The notes under the pieces were generated by a model. The model did not search any database, was not told where the DNA came from, and was given only the letters and a program-made list of their open reading frames with translations. The position numbers and the translations under genes are program-made. DNA of 62,877 bases, filler included, from Octopus bimaculoides (taxonomy: Eukaryota): assembly GCF_001194135.2 (NCBI RefSeq). It is 4 parts of 3 records of this genome, joined end to end, with 100 filler letters (N's around TTAATTAATTAA, not from the genome) between each part and the next. Parts side by side here need not be neighbours in the genome. Positions count along the whole stretch, not along the records: positions 56,071 to 62,877 come from NC_068983.1; 3 more parts are not named here. One strand, given 5' to 3'. Below are positions 61,602 to 62,877 of this stretch, piece after piece (within the stretch, counting starts at the first letter, position 1; the number at the start of each line of letters is the position of its first letter).

Positions 61602-61794
61602 TGAATATGTATGTGGTATAGTATAACTAATATATTTCCTTTCTTTCTCCTCTTCTTAATTTCTCTTCAAACCAGACAAGCGAAAGATCAAATGGAATAA
61701 AATGTAAAAGAAAACTATTAATTGTTTTTAGATGAATGACATAAATAATTTGTCCTGTTTACAATAAGTTGTGAAAAGATGATTATAACAAAAT

Positions 61795-62280
61795 GAGAGA
61801 GAAGAGGAGAGATGGAGGGAGAGAAAGAGAGAGAGGGGAGGGCGAGAGAGAAATATGGGAGTAGAGTGATGATAAGAGGAAGAAGGAGCGAGAGGGGGAG
61901 ACAGCGAGAAGAATGATAATAGGAAGACAGTCGTTTAGAAATAGAAACTGAAAGATGAGAGTCACGTGGCTAGAGAAAAAAGGCAGAATGAAATAGAGAT
62001 AGAAAAACAATGAGAGACAGAAAAATAGAATTAGAAGGAGAGCGAAGGAAAGGAGACAGAGAAAGAGAGGAAGAGAGGTCGTGGGAGGAGGAAAAAGGGT
62101 GAGATTCGGGTGAGAGGAGAAAGGAGAGCGAGCAACAACAGAAATAATCATGTGCAGTGATAGCAGACGATAATGGGTGTGAGAAATTAAAAGAGCGAGG
62201 AATAAAAAGTGAGAAAGAAACAGATTTAGATGAGAGAGGTTGAGATAAATAGAAAGGCAGCGACGAAGAAATGAGTGTGA
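61795..62280 (+). repeat. Purine-rich low-complexity tract
   Basis: About 480 bp of GA-dominated sequence. Confidence 0.8.
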
Positions 62281-62877
62281 AGACGCTATAAAATTAGAGT
62301 CCTTTTGTTCATTCACTTATTTCTTCGTTATTTATTTTTTTTCTATCTATTTAATTATCCATTCATTGCCTTATTCTCACTAATAGCTGGTTCTGAGCGT
62401 AAAGAACGAACGAACGAACGACTGAAGGAAGGAATAAACGAGCGAATAGCGAACGCTCGGACGATCCTTTTCAATCAACCAAGTTAACTAGTTACATTTC
62501 AACTTCTCTATCGTCTGCCAACCGATCACAGAACACAGGCACACCACACTCGCACACTTCCGTTACTCGTCTAAACGCGTGGTCACATACTCATACACAG
62601 ACAAATACACACACGCGTGCGCGGAGAGTGAAGGTTAGAGGCGAGAGGAAAGAATATTGTCCAGTGTAGTTTTTCACATGTGAAGCAAACTCGCAAAGCC
62701 AAAAACAAATCCTCTCCTCGCATTAAAAAAACCCACATAATTATCGGTATTCACATATAAAGCAAGTGATATAGTAAGATAAAACACGAAAAACTAATAC
62801 CCGCAACAACAAATTAGACGCCAGAAATCATATATATATATATACATACACACACACACACACACACACGCATATAT

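Overview
AT-rich, microsatellite-saturated animal genomic DNA from a gapped draft assembly (about 18 N-runs; three contain an artificial TTAATTAATTAA spacer). Repeat content (several tRNA-derived SINE families, Penelope-like elements, RTE and CR1 LINEs, Helitron, mariner) suggests an octopus/coleoid cephalopod, probably intronic or intergenic sequence; this is inference, not a database result. No host protein-coding gene can be identified. Almost all supplied ORFs are microsatellite or gap artefacts or decayed transposon frames. Recognisable decayed coding relics: a near-full-length Neptune-type Penelope-like element (PLE, ~18.25-21.33 kb, +); a 5'-truncated Penelope/Poseidon-type PLE flanked by inverted pseudo-LTRs (~21.55-22.78 kb, -); a third, distinct PLE RT lineage (~45.85-47.56 kb, -); an internally deleted mariner with both TIRs (8.92-9.75 kb); Helitron pieces; RTE, CR1 and R4/Dong-like LINE fragments. 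The most interesting signal is the pseudo-LTR of the Penelope element. It reads tRNA-like Pol III head - (AAT/AAC)n - minimal type I hammerhead ribozyme, and it also occurs twice as a stand-alone, ORF-less, SINE-like unit (33.2 kb, 36.6 kb), each time in a head-to-head inverted arrangement. All alignments and folds were done by eye.
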